From assembly GCA_964016885.1 (NCBI GenBank), contig CAXHJY010000830.1, forward strand, positions 1-64,000: a stretch of 64,000 nucleotides of DNA, written 5' to 3'. The notes beneath the pieces were generated by a model, which did no database searches, had not been told where the DNA came from, and saw nothing but the letters and a program-made list of their open reading frames with translations. A program made the position numbers and the translations under genes. The stretch comes from Eledone cirrhosa (lineage: Eukaryota). This document shows, one piece after another, positions 1 through 14,175 of the stretch. The first letter of the stretch is position 1. Each line of letters starts with the position of its first letter.

Positions 1-678
1 AAGATAATATTTTGAAGTTGTACTTCAAATTGAGAAGAGTCATTTTAGCCATTCAAAAAAACCAAATTCACATTTACTTCATGATTTCAACATTTTCATT
101 ACACTACATTATTGCCGTTCCAATCCATCATCATTATTTAAGTATTCATAATATATTAATGATATATTGAAGAACTACTTAGTTTAAATAAAAATAGGCA
201 CCTAACTATTTTATAAATATGTAGATATTTTCAAATCTTACAACAAAAAAAGACACTTAGCATTGCAACATACTCATTAAGGTATATAATTAATACTTGC
301 TTCGACTGGAAAAACATTTAATTTTAGCACAATGCTTGCTATCACTTTAAGATTTAAAAGAAATTAACGTTAGTGTGTTTATCTATTCTCGCGCGTGTGT
401 GTACACAAACACCTACACAAATAAAATGCTACTTTAGTGATTGTTTGGTAAGTGATTCTGAGAATTATATTAATGTATGCTTCAATAAAAGAACATACAT
501 ATTATATATATATACTAGTAGCTTGTTTTTATATGGGAAATAGAATTAGATATCAATATTTTTAAAATTGGAGCATGAGTGCTTGGAAAACAAAGAAAGC
601 AATATAATATTAGAATGCATATATACAAATTCCTTTTTTCATTAATGTTGTTCTGTTTTGTATATACTACACACACAC

Positions 679-712
<34 letters not shown>

Positions 713-779
713 GCTGAGTACTATAAAACACAAAATAAACTTCAGAGATCCATAATTTAGACCAAACAAAATAATCTCA

Positions 780-960
780 GCCTGCTAGAAATAGAAACCT
801 AAACCTTCCTCAAATTACACATCATTTTAGAAAAGAAATATTCATTGCATAACATGGTACTGTGTTGAAATGTATCTAAGAAAAGAGACGATGATACTGA
901 CAGGAATCTCATTGACCATAGATATGCTTGATCAGAGCTGGCATTGAGCTAAAAATCAAC
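780..960 (+). repeat. SINE-like dispersed repeat, family A (CTAGAAATAG...TTGAYCATAG...GCTAAA)
   Basis: Similar by eye to 3525-3700 (+) and 41625-41775 (-); no ORF. Confidence 0.45.
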
Positions 961-1029
961 CCCAATATAGTTTATGTAGATTTATTCTTTTGGGGTATCT
1001 AAGTTACAGAAAATAATGCCCAACATAAT

Positions 1030-1700
1030 TACAAATCTGTTTTCCCATTGCTTGCATGGATTAGGCAGGTCTTCATCGTCATCTTCTTCAGAAAGCCTGA
1101 GATCAGCTCTTGCCACTTCTGATGTCTACCTCTTCTGAAAGTTCCTTCCACTTGGATTGTTTGTTACTTATTTACCTAACTATTCTTCTCATCACAGTCT
1201 CCACTCTTATACACTATTGCCAATTGTTCCTGCACGTGTACTCTTTTGTTTATTCACAATAACATTACATATCCAGTAGAATACGCTTACTTTAAATCTT
1301 TCCTGTCTTTGCAATCCTCGACATTCAATGCTTATGTTTATCTATGTAACTTTGCACTAGGCATACAAGCATAACATAATCTACCCTTCATTGAAGACAA
1401 AATTCTTTTGTTACCAGTACAAACAATGGTTTCTTGGAATAGGTCATCTAGGTAACAGAATTTGTCTACTACTTCTAGAGATCCATCCAGGCATTTAAAA
1501 GAATTTGCTTGATAGGTGTTCTTATGGCTAATTATTCCTGTGCATCTTCTATATTCAAAATCCTTCTGTTATACTGTCTGTGATGGCACTTCTCTTTTTG
1601 TGCACCCAGAGTACACTGACTGGAATTTTCTGCATATCAACCATGGACACTTCCCGAATGGCTGTAAACTCTTGTGTTAGAGTAAAGTTGTGTATGAATA
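1030..1700 (-). mobile_element. Degraded RTE-clade LINE 3' fragment
   Basis: Terminal motif TTTCCCATTGCTTGCATGGA at 1041-1060; remnants of the Cys/His finger (LWVHK-like) near 1595-1660, colinear with the copy at 50766-53000. Confidence 0.6.
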
Positions 1701-2869
1701 TAATTTGTTTGTAATTATAATACAACTAAATCTGAACAGAAAAGTTGATCTTTCAATGCAAATATATTCAATTCAAATTAAGAAAATGTAAGTTATACAT
1801 TATTTCCATATAAATGAGTTAGCAATGCTTAATATATTCAACACAAAAAGGAAATCCAAGAAAAATAGTCATAGATTACCAAATTTCTGAATTGCGAAGA
1901 AGATTTGCAAACTTGAATCATTCAAGATTTAAAAAAAAGTAAAATGAATAAAAATTATTTCAGACAGTTATAGAAGTTTTGAAGAATCATTGTGCAGTAT
2001 AGAGTTGCTATTGTATCCACAGAGCATATACATATACAAATGTGTGTACAGGCTTGCACACAAATAACATAAAACAATGTATATACTCTTTCATGTTCTG
2101 TAAAAGATTAACTTGTAATTTTTATACAGATTTAGTGCTACTTCTGAAGTAGATCTTAATCTCTATTTTGTAACAATGAAAAAATTTAATAAAATTCCTC
2201 TTGTACTTTTGAAAGTTTTGCTGATCATAATCCACTTCTGATAAAATTGATTTTAAATATAAACTGGTTAAAAATCTTCTGAGTTTTAGTAAACAAACTC
2301 ATTTAAATATTCCTATGTTTTTTTTATAAACAAGACATATTTTTAAAAACTATATAGCTGATATAGATAATGATCAAATTTGATATCTTTAAATACACAA
2401 TAAAATAACAATGAAATAAGAACAATTAAAATCGAAAACAATAAATACATTGTTAATTATTGCAAGAAATAGCAATAGATTAATATTTGAAATATGGGTG
2501 AAGAGAAATGATTTGACAAATAACATTTATATTCATTTTATTGACATAATAAATCAAATTTTCTTAGAATTAATTATGCCTCATTAATCCACAAAATTCA
2601 AAATTTCTTATGAAAGTAGAGGAGCAAATTAAGACATCAATCAATACAATGGAGATAACTAGATATAAATCCAGTATATGTCATCTAGGATATATTTCGC
2701 TCCCTTTCTTGTACTTTCATTTAATCACTTATTCATTTAAAAGTTCAACCCTTGCTAGCAGGGAAAGTGGGTGATAAAACAACAACGTCAATGAATGATG
2801 ATGATGAGGATTTATTCCTTTAAAAACAATTTGTTTTCTTTCTTTACAGTTTAGTTACAGAAGCTTTTT

Positions 2870-3030
2870 CATGGCCTCCACAACTGGTCAGTGAGAGGGT
2901 GGAGGATTGGTGTCCTGAAACTGGAGATCTTGCTCAAATATTTGAAACAGAGTGAATTCTCCTAAAGACACCAAATCACCAAGAGGCAGTGGTGTTAAGC
3001 CAGTTGACAGATTAAGTCTACAACCCAAGT
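2870..3030 (+). repeat. Dispersed repeat family B (ATGGCCTCCA...GAAACTGG...ATTCT.CTAAAGACAC...GATTAAG.CTACAACCCAA)
   Basis: Similar segments at about 9395-9530, 10110-10240 and 20960-21070. Confidence 0.5.
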
Positions 3031-3039
3031 AGGTAATAA

Positions 3040-3255
3040 TAGTTGGGTTTGAACTCAAAATATAAAAAAACTAGAACAAATATGACATGGCATTTTATTC
3101 AACACTGTTCTACCAAACCACTACTATGGACTGGTACTTTATTTAATCAACCCCAAAATAATAAAGGGCAGAACTGAGCTCAGAATGTAGAGAGCCAGAA
3201 CAAATATCACACGGTACATTTGCCCTATACTCTAACAACCCTACCAATATGCAGC
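3040..3255 (-). mobile_element. Two tandem degraded tRNA-head SINE fragments
   Basis: Reverse B-box-like TTTGAACTC/CTGAGCTCAGAATGT followed by GAACAAATA..AC..GG.A.TTT; similar tandem arrangement at 18400-18570; related pieces at 13800-13900 and 21070-21150. Confidence 0.5.
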
Positions 3256-3839
3256 TTCAAAATACCACAAATATCAAATATATCCTCAAAGCAAATGTCT
3301 GTTTAGGTTTTATAATACTTATACCTGTAGAACAACACACAAACATGTCTGAATCAATTTATTTTTGTGGCTTAAATTTCTAAAGTCTGACTTTTGACCT
3401 AGGTAGGTAACGTTACAATGTATCATCCAAACTACTTTATCAATTCTTATCACAATCAAATAGTCAATTCTCTTGATTACAGCACCATACAAAAGCCAAT
3501 AACAAACTGGTATATATTCACTATATCAACTAGAAATAGCAGCTAAATCTCCCAGAAATAGCATTTCCTATCTTTAAAATATGAACAGATTAGATAATAT
3601 TCTCTGGAGTGCACTACCACTGAACAATCTTATGTGACTAGATTACCTTTGATCATAGGCCTGCTAGATCAGTGATGACTACCTGAGGCTAAACAAGAAC
3701 AACTGTATCATACAGCAGTGTATATAACTACAATTTTCTGCCATCAATATGCACCATTCCATGAATTATATTCTATATTTTCACATGATAGTCACTATTT
3801 TACCATTTATTCAAATAAAACAGCCAGTAACCTGAATAC

Positions 3840-3870
<31 letters not shown>

Positions 3871-4185
3871 AGTTCTGTCTTTTCTTTAACCACTGAAAAA
3901 AATGCTAAATTCATAAAAAGTGGAGAGTGGGGTTGGCTTCTGAAAAAGAATGTGTATATTATAAGTTTTTATAATCATATATGCCTTGTCTACCAACTGA
4001 TTTAGCATAAAGCAGCTTTCATAATTTTCATTATTCATATAATCTTATAGTCCATAAATATTCTAAAGCAATTTTGAAAAATAATCTTATAGCAATTATT
4101 CCATTGAACAGTAATTTTAATCATTCAAAAACATGAAAACTGCTGAAGAGTCCTACAAACATTTTAACACCACAAAATAACTTCT

Positions 4186-4705
4186 TATTCCACTTCGATC
4201 ACTTATTCCTGAGAGGATCATGAGGGCAGAGTCCTCAAACACCCCTTCCAGCAGATTCTGTCAGAAGCAAAGTCTCCAGCTGGATCCTCAAGCGAGATCA
4301 GTCAAGCTTATGGATGTTATCCAACCATCTTGATCGGGGTGTACCCCTGGGACTCTTGCTGGTTGATTTTTGTCAATAAAATCTGTCCATTGATTCTTTC
4401 CTGGGACATTCTAACCCCATGTCCATGGTATCAGAGCTGTGATCACTCAATTCGGAGAAGTAGCAGCTAACCTGGAGTGACACTCTTATTTTTGAGCTAT
4501 GCATTCTATCAAGTAACATTACTGTGCTGTACCCAGGGTAGAAACCACACTGTTCATGAAATAGCTTAGACTGGCCAATCTCCCTGCATCTCTTTGCCAG
4601 ACACTTAGTATAGACTTTACTGGGGAGGCTTAACAAGGAGATCCCTCTATAATTGGAACAATCTCGCTTGTCTCCCTTTTTGAAAATTGGGATTATCACT
4701 CCCAA
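4186..4705 (-). mobile_element. RTE-clade LINE (family 2), 5'-truncated and internally deleted
   Basis: ORF 4373-4705 has IIPIFKKGDKRDCSNYRGISLLS and QCGF (RT N-terminus) fused directly to C-terminal LLDRMHSSKIR; 3' end matches 15463-15780. Confidence 0.85.
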
Positions 4706-6351
4706 AGTGAATATAACAGTCTCTCTCTCTCTGTCTGCACATGTGTGTGCACGTTTTAGTTTATTTTTTTAATGACTAAAACAATTCTTCCACAATGTGA
4801 TTTTATTATGCATAAACATATTGTATATATGGCTTCCTATATGTCCTTATCATGATGTGATAGTTTCAGTTTCAATACATGGCGTCAAATTAAATCACTA
4901 ACCAAACAAGTACAATTCCAAAATAATGATATAAAATAACTAAGAATTTAATTTTAAAAGCAATCAATACTCCCAGAAAATATTTAAACTGTTTTTCACA
5001 CCTATAATAAAATTTCATCATATTTTCATCAAATTGAAAATAAATTTTTACACACACAGTCTCTATGTTTCCTAATACAAAGAGAGTAGAAATATATTTG
5101 AAGGTTTTAATATCAGCCAGACGAAGGCAAGTATTTATAGCTACAACAATAAATGCAAGTCCTAATTGAAATAGGCTGTAGTGTGGCCCAGAAAGAATAA
5201 AATCAACCAGTATTTAGAGTATTTTGTAAATAAGAAATTTTTTCTGAAATTCCCTAAATCGAGAAATCTAACAAGTGAGTGATGTGAACCATTTTGTTTT
5301 GAATGTTTTTATTTAATTATCACATAAGAGATATTGATTGGAGTTGGAGAGGGCATAGAATGACAGTGAAAAATAAAAGAAACAAAAACATATTACAGCA
5401 ATATAATACCAAACTAATATTCAGATTTCTCTTTTTATTTTAATTTCAAATATGAATATTAAGATAAATAATTGAAGTAAGCAAGCAAGCAAGCATATGC
5501 ACACACACACACAATAATCAAATTATTCATTTGAATTTTAGTGCACAAATTAAAACAGCAAAATATTCTGTTTCAAGTGTAACCCTATCAACAACTAAAA
5601 TATATCAGTACACACACAAGTATAATATGACAAAACTGCCATTGGACCCAAAAGAAAGAAAAATTGTGCTAAAAAATGTTTATTACACACACAAGTATAA
5701 CATTCATAATAAACATCATACGATTATTGGGAATTTCACAGGGATGCAAAGTAGAGGAGGGTTCTACGTTTTGGACAGAGGATCTTCATAAGAAAAATTC
5801 AGATATATGCACACACACTTATCTGACACACACACACACAGACAAAGAGAAAAATACTGGAAAGTATTACAATGAGTAATGTCATAGTTCAGGCTGTGGC
5901 CTGTGGCACACATGCCATCTATTGTCCAAAGTCACTGCAAGATGGTGTAAGAATACACTGTCTTTGGAATCAGAATACAATTATCAAAATTAGATGCAGA
6001 TAATTTGAGATAGAAACTATATGCGAGTATATCGAAGGGGTGACAACAGTTGTGATTGTTTATATGTGAACAGAAACTAGATTTAATAATAATGAGAAAA
6101 TCATGTGAAACAAGGTTGGTTAACTTTGAACAGTAGCTAAAAGCAAGTAGATACTTTATCAAAGTTGTGACATAAATTGTTATTGAATTGTTTCAGGGTA
6201 GGGATATTATAAGTGGAAGGCTGCAGAATATATTCAAATGTAAAGAAAAAGTAAAGATTGTTTGAAGCAAGTTACAATCTCTGTCAGCAACATTTTGTTA
6301 ATAAAATCTATAAGATGGGTAAGTGGGCAGTCTCACTTCAGTGTAATGGCT

Positions 6352-6660
6352 ATGCATCATCATTATCATTGGCCTGGTTGGTCAGAAGACTCTTGATCCA
6401 GGATTGCCGTTCCCAGTTCACCAAGGTGGATTCTTGAATCTTGTGAGATAGTCTCTGGATAAGAGATTTTTAAACAATGGACACTTCCAGAGGGCTTCCA
6501 TAGGAGAAGCAATGACTTTACTACCCTGTTCACCTTAAAACAATGGCCTGAAAACTGGAACTTATTCTGTTTAAGTCTGAGTGATATTGAACACACACTT
6601 CCATAGATTGTCTGTCTGGTTGGATGTGACTACTAGCTCAGATTCCTCATGTTTCTAAGT
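6352..6660 (-). mobile_element. RTE/RTE-X-like LINE 3' fragment (family 3)
   Basis: Translation LRLKQNKFQFSGHCF...LLLWKP...SYPETISQD...ELGTAILD resembles the RTE ORF2 C-terminus; ends in a (TGA)n-like tail. Confidence 0.7.
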
Positions 6661-8204
6661 TGGTGTATCTAACTAGACATGAGTTTGATTCCCACAAGCA
6701 ATTCTGTTCATATTTTCCCCATCTGTAGTGATTTATATCTTCATAACAGTTTTATATAAGCTAACATATTTTCAAAATTCAAATTTGCTCAACACTTCCT
6801 AAAATAATTGTTTCTTTCTTTACATTGGCTGGCTGAAAGATAAGGTCAAAAAATGACAGGTAAGTGGTTATTTCCCTTTAGTGTAATGTTAATACAGGCG
6901 TCTGGCATATAGTAGATACAGGCTTGATTTCTGCAGGCAACTCTACCCACATTTGTTCATCTCTAGGGGGTTTATATGGCTAACTTGTTCAATTATTTTA
7001 TAGTCAATCATCTATTGTAGTAGCTTACTATAAGCTAACATACTTTCAAATTTAAAATAAGTTCATATGACTTGAGGAAGGCAAAACCAATCAATGTTTC
7101 AGCTTTGAATCTACCTTTCCTTACAATACACCAAATTTCATGAATTTTATCAAAGTAACACGTCTTCCTACTTGACCAATACAATGGAAATTCAAAAAAA
7201 TTTGTATATTAGTTTGTGTAATACAATGCTTATAAAATTCCGTAAATGTTTTAGAAGATAATTGTCACAAAACATCTAAAACAATAAGTGAATGAATATA
7301 ATTGTGTGTGACATCTGCTGACTAAACTTTAACACTTATTTTTAGTGTATTGAATGGTAATTTAAAAAAGAAAACAAATCAGAAAATCTTTGGGCTATTT
7401 GTTATTGTTTCACCACAAAATATCATGTATGAAATTTTAATTGACTGGTTATGATTATCTCTTCTTCACATGGCTTGATAACTATTGCATAGTCTAAAAA
7501 TGCAGAATTCTACTTCCCATAACATTCTAATGTCCATATTTCATCTCTCTCTCTCTCTCTCTCTCACTCACGCACGCACGCACGCACACACACACACAAA
7601 TCTTTTGAAGAATTAGAGAAAATATTCCATATGGAATTAAAGTTTAGAATCAATAGCTTTTATAACAAACATTGCAGTTATGCAAAAAAATGGTAAATAT
7701 ATAACATATCTATTGATATATAAGCAGAGAAATGTGTGGTAAAAACATTATGGTAAAATGGAGGTCAGCTTATATTAGACGTCAATGTTTTGCTGATTTT
7801 CACCAACTTCAAATTCTATGTAAATAAGGTGCTAAAATATTTTTTCTTTGGGGGTGGATATTACACTGGTTTCATTTTGGAGGTGAATATTACATCGGTT
7901 TCACTTTGGAGGTGATATTTGTATATCTTATTGTTTTTGTATGTGCTTTGAACAAATATGGTCTTCAGAACTGTCTGGAATTGGTAAAAAAAAAAAACAT
8001 CACCACATAATGGAGTTGTGAAACAAAATATATACTGTAAACGACACTTAAAACATTTTAGATATCAAAATTATAAAACTTCATAGATATTCTCCACTCA
8101 AGAGAATTTTAGAACTACACCATCTAAAAATAATAGGTTGATTACTTGCCTTGGCTCATGTGAAGGGTTTCAATTTTTGCCCATTTTACAGACATAAAAT
8201 AGAG

Positions 8205-8420
8205 GGTCATCTTATATACGGTATGTTAGTTAGCAGGAAAGAATACAGAGTTTGTCTGCCTATGGTATACAGAAAATTAGTAGATACGCATGCAATGCAG
8301 TGCATAAAATGTAAACTATGGGCACACAAGGGATGCTGTAAGATCAGAGGCAGGTTAACAGGGAAGAACTCTATATGTAACAGGCAGAAATAGTTATCTA
8401 TAACATCATAAATAATTTAT
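8205..8420 (+). mobile_element. RTE fragment covering the Cys/His finger
   Basis: AMQCIKCKLWAHKGCCKIRGRLTGKNSICNR aligns with SILCPKCKV*VHKRCSGITGKLT..FTCGRC of the 50766-53000 copy. Confidence 0.7.
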
Positions 8421-11400
8421 ATTCTTACAAATGCTTGGAATGCTCTCTAACCGATGACAACGATGATGATCCATATATCATAGTTTCTCTATGACAAAAT
8501 GATTTTATTTCATTCATACCTATTGCCTTTGTTTTGACATTAACATCAACCAGAAAAATGTGTCCCACCATCTGATGAAGTACCTTTTACTATATTCCCA
8601 ATCCACAATAGCCCCAAAGATGGATATGTTTGTTCTTCAACTGAGAAAGGTATCATGTAGTTTGTATATTTATGAAAGGAATCCTAATTATTTATTCTAT
8701 CTCAAACTAAAAGATAAGGAAGGACATTTTATCTGGCACCAGATCAAAGTTTTTTGGGTTTTTTTCTTAGGAAAACCAAAAATAGGATCTTTAAAAAAAG
8801 TGATATTTTGAAGCAGCAAACTTTAAATATTAGTTTTAGGCAATTAGATGTATATGTGAAGTAATAAAGATACTTTAGTTACAGATCAAAGATAACTTGA
8901 AATATATTTTATTCAACAATTAAAATATACTTAATTGCTAATTGATCTTTTAATCTATCATAAAAGACATTATGGAATAAAATATCAATACTGCTAAAGA
9001 TGAGAAAATTCAATATGAAGAAGAGTATTTTAAAGTCATATTTGTGATTTTGCGACAGCAATGACTTTTACTTTATTTTTGTTTTAATACTAATACTTTA
9101 TAAACTACAATTTCAAAAGAATAACTCTGGATTAGAATAGAATACCATATATACAAGTGTATAAGTCATACAAGCAGATACGTTAGACATTTATTTCACA
9201 TATATTTACAATATACCATACATTTTGAATTGAAGTTTGGTAGTTCCTCTAGATAGGTTAAATGTTGTTTTTAAAATATGTTCATGGGAAAATACATGAG
9301 TATGTATGGTAGTTACAAACTTGGAGAGAAGTTGAAGGACTTTTTTTTCTTACTGCTTTAATAGAGAATAGAAGGGCAGTGCCCATGATTTTTTCATGGC
9401 CTCCAATCCAAAGCTGGTGGAAAGAAATTATCCTCACACCAGATACGGGACTTTAGTTGTAATAGAGTGCATTCTACTCAAAGAACCCAAATGTCAGCTA
9501 GGGAAACTGGGAAACTGATTAACTTTACCAACCAACACAAACAACATTTTTCCATGATCATCCTCATTATTTAACATCCTTTTTCCCTGCTAGCATGGGT
9601 TTTGCTAGCTGTCCCATTGTGAAACAAGTCAGATCAGATGACTGTGTCTTGCTCATACAGAAGTGTTTCTGGCTTGGTTTTTACAGTCAAATGTCCCTTT
9701 TGATAACATTTTTAAAGATATATAAAATAGAAGGGTTAATATATTTAATTGTTAGCACTCTATTTGGAAGCATAAATAACTATTTGTCAATTGTTAATAA
9801 AAGAAATTAGCAATTTCTTAATTTGCTTAAAGCAATTGAAAGATAATGCATTTTTAAAAGTTACCATCAATTTTCTTTGTCAATAGGAAGAGCACCATGA
9901 AATTGCTGTAGCATTATTCTGATATACAATAATTATTGATTATAAAGTATTAATTTAGGAAATGTTAATAAAACGATGTAGGTTATATAGTGTAGAATCT
10001 AATTATCACAAAATTATAAGAAAATATTAGAGCATTGCATATCTTTTGCATTTCGCTTTTATTCAGAAGGAAGGGTAGCACCTGTAGCTCTTCTCAAGTT
10101 CTATGAAGCAGATGAGAGGAAATGAATCCTATAATTCTCAGACTTGAAACCTGGCCAATAAAATTGCAATGGAATGGATTCTGCGAAAGACACTTATGGA
10201 GATGTCAAACTAGCTACCAGATTAAGACTGAAACCCAAGAATGTACACACACCATACACTTGAAAATAGAGCCACTCTCACACATATAGACTGATACACA
10301 CAACAACACTAAGATATACATTCACACACATGCTAATATATATTCAAACACATACAGGCATCCATACTTGTACATACACACCTTAGTTTTCACAAACGTA
10401 CACACAAGAAAATAGATACTCACTCTAACACAGACAACATATGAAAAGTGTTTAGACTTAAATCTATAAATTTGAACAATATACTTTGCACTTCAGAAAA
10501 ATGTATTAATAATTACAAATAGGCAACTATCTGTACTTTTTTTGTGGAATGATGAGGTGTCAAGTATGTCAATGTTAAAAGATGTCAAAAAGACAGACTA
10601 TATACACATACAATGGGCTGACTAAGACATCAAGTTTAACTTCTTGTGATTTATACAATTATTTGAATAAAACTGGTTGTACAAAAGATTGGTTGCACCA
10701 ACTTATCTATTGTACAAACCCAGTTTCAAACAACCAACACTGTTTCGTCTTAAGTCCAGCAATTTATTTATAATTCTTGATATCAAGGGCAATCTGTGAA
10801 GAAATTTCTAATATAAGTATTCCTGTTATAATGTTAATCTACATCCCTACAAGAGTAGTATTAATCAGTCTTATCACAATCTTAACTCCTCTATCCAATC
10901 TAAGAGTGTTCCCAAGGGGTATGATATAGTAGAGGCAGTCAGATATAACCACAATGGTGTTCTAGTATGAGCAGCACCATAATAATCATTGAAATTTGCA
11001 AAACAACATACAATGGATTCCCTTCAGCTTTTCTCAGTTTTTAATAACTGATAATTTTAATTAATAACAAATTGTACAACAAATAAAGAGAAGAATATGA
11101 ACATTATTAGAAAGAATAGAATTAATCTAAATATAGAATAACCTTCATACAGTACAATTTTCATACTGTCCTGCAATAAACTACTCTCTAATAAAATTTA
11201 TTTATTCTTTTCTTCCATCTTTGTGTATCATATTTTAAATTCTTAAGTCCTTCAGCAGCCAATCTCTCTCTCTTTCTCAAAGACACACACACACGTGTGT
11301 GTATATGTATATTAGTGTGTGTGCAAGGGCATATTGACTGATCAAGTCACTTCACAGATAAAGACGAAAATGTACTTCCATAAATAGTTATAGGTGTTTT

Positions 11401-14121
11401 ATTTAGTAAGTGAATCTGGAAAGGAATTATATGAATAGTATTATTACAATGCTAGAAACAAAGTGGGCTTGAATATGTTAACAAAATTTACGAATCATTA
11501 ACCTGATATAATGACAGCAGCATGGTATTTAAGAATTCATTTATTTTAGATATCATTAACATCATCATTTAACCCCCATTTTCCTGCTAGCCAGGATTGT
11601 ATGGGTCTTAACAGATCAAGTTAGTACTCAGTTGAGCTAGAGACAACTCGGACAGACTGGGGATGCATATCTTGCTTATTTAATAACATAGTCTGTACAG
11701 TGTCTATGACCTTTTTCAAGGTCTCAACTTATCAAAGTTAGGGAATAAGTTATTTTCAGGCAGAGGAGACCTGACCAAAATGCCTGCTCCATAATCAACT
11801 CTACTAAAGTCAGTGAAGAGGCTGATGGCAGTGTTAACAATCACGACAATGGAATATATTTAATATGGATGAAACCGTTCTAGCCTTGTAGAAGTTTTTT
11901 CTATATATTTAATAAAGATGCATATATTCTACCAATGTATTGAGTACCTTTTTTAATTGTGGTTACACTCAATGCAACTTGGGAATATATATAGATAATA
12001 ATAATATAAATAGGGAATAATAACAGAGCATATATGCTGTTATTATTCTACAGTCAAAGAATATGGTGGAGAGGGGTGGGGGTGATAAAAGAAGGATGGA
12101 ATATTTACAACTAAAACATGCTACAAATCACTCTATTTATCATATGCTTAACCATTACAAATTATAACAATGGTACAGTAAAAATAAAACTTGATTTAAT
12201 ACATTATTTAATAGGATAGCTTTTACAGAGGCTTCATTTATGCTGTAAAGGTGTTAGGAAGGGCATCCATCAAAGAAAAATGAGTGGGATGTGATCTTAC
12301 GGTTCATCTAGGTGGACACTAACTCCGAGTAGGAACTGATTTGGATTATTCTGACCTGTCCAACCCATTCTAGTATGAGAAAGTAGTTGTAAAATGATAA
12401 TGAAATCAATGCTACATTTAGCAAAATATTAGTATTTAGAGGAGAGTTTATTTTCTTTTTTTTTTCACAGGTCTCTGCAATGAGGACCAGCCTACTTGAA
12501 CATAGTTGTTAACACTTAAATGTCTTGTATCACATGAATCTGCATTGACAAGACAGTATTGGATAGTGCAAAACAGTACTATGACTGCACCATCATCATT
12601 TTACAGTCATTTGGCAGGCTTACATTAAAGATTAAAGCCTTTATTCTATTAGTGGACAAATTGTTTTGAGAATTTAATGTAATAAAGACACTGTGAACAT
12701 TGCAATTTAAAAAAACCCAGATATTTTCTGCTAAATCATAGCAAGAAGATGAGAGTTAATATGTTAGTTTTCTAACTGAATACTAGATTTCATTAACTGA
12801 TTAGAAATACATATTATATGTGAGCACAATAGGATGGTAGCTCAACAGATTAGAAATAAAAATATTACACAAACATAATAAAAGAAAAGATGGAATATCA
12901 TAAGGCTGGCTAATACAAACTTTTATTTGTATTTGAAATTATTCTAAACAAAAAGTAAACTAATCCATTTCTACAATTTAAACATTAATCAATTCTATAT
13001 TTAATTATTAGCAAGTGTTAGTCAAATGGAGATTTGGCAAATATAAACCAAAATAATAAAGATAATTAGCTACACTTATATTTACAATTTAATATAAATT
13101 AATCATACTAAACTAAAAAATGAACAAAATGTTTTGAATTTTCATTGTGTATGTAATATTCATCAACAAATGTTGTGAGTATTTTAATTAGATCAAAGCA
13201 AATTATGTTAGCAACAGACAAGATTGTTTGCATGAGGTTTGAGATGAGAAGTTATAAGATATGACAAAGGAGTTTTAGGATCTGCCTTCAACAAAAATTC
13301 CACATTATGAAATAGTTTCAAATTAGGAGTAGAAAAAAATTATATGATCTATGTAAACAGATTTAAACATTTCCAACATTAAATGAGTTTTGAAATATTG
13401 AATCCACAAACTAGTTTACATACAACGTAGAATATAATGGAAAGCTTCTAACATGATAACATATCACAAAAGTTCATGAAAAATATCTATATAAGAAAGT
13501 ATCTCAAACTCAATAGAATCAAACCAAGTTACAATTCTACATTAAACTGTGAACATACGTTCAAATACACAGCTATCTATATTTATACATGTATGCATAC
13601 ATAGATAACATTTTGATTAAAAAAAATCATAGTTTATGAAATTCAAATAGTTTCATTTTACTTTCTCATAGTGTACATTGTCCAATCCATGGATGGTTTA
13701 TATAGCTCATCACTCAAACCTCCATTTCTAGAGAAAGGGTCACTAAAATAGGGGTTCCTCGATTCTTAAAGAACAACAAAAGAAAGACAGAAAAATAGTG
13801 AAGGGGGAATTGATCCCAATTCTTAACTGGTACTTCATCACTCCCTGTAGGAAAGGCAAAGTTGATTTCAGTAGGATTTGATTTCAGAATGCAGAGAGTT
13901 TTCGAAATCAATAGACAAGATCCCAGATGTCATTTGCTTACTGGCAGGGGTGGAACTCGTCCAATTGTTTCCATTGATCTTTCCAGACAGAATGAATATA
14001 ATAAGGCAATCTGTCTCATACTCTAATAATGATGACAGTCTCCAGCCTTAAATAGATAGATTAAAGACAAATAAATCAAGATTTTAAACTAATAACAGGA
14101 AATTAATGACAGGAATCTTAC

Positions 14122-14175
14122 TGGTCTTAGACGACCTGTTGATGCCATGGGCACTGTCCTGTCTTCTGGACTGAG
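14122..14175 (-). CDS. Candidate 54-nt internal exon of an unidentified host gene
   Basis: Acceptor TTTCTCTTCTTTTCATTTTATTTTATTAG, donor CCA|GTAAGA, length 3n, GC-richer than flanks; open as LSPEDRTVPMASTGRLRP (phase 0) or xQSRRQDSAHGINRSSKT (phase 1); no homology recognised. Confidence 0.4.

Noticed and set aside
5887-5946. + strand exon candidate VQAVACGTHAIY (RCC1-like look)
   Set aside because: Weak acceptor; TGTGGCCTGTGGCACACATGC fits a CpG-decayed hAT-type MITE end equally well
7861-7918. Short two-copy duplications (also near 47729-47771, 53060-53083, 55989-56048)
   Set aside because: Ordinary slippage duplications with no further structure
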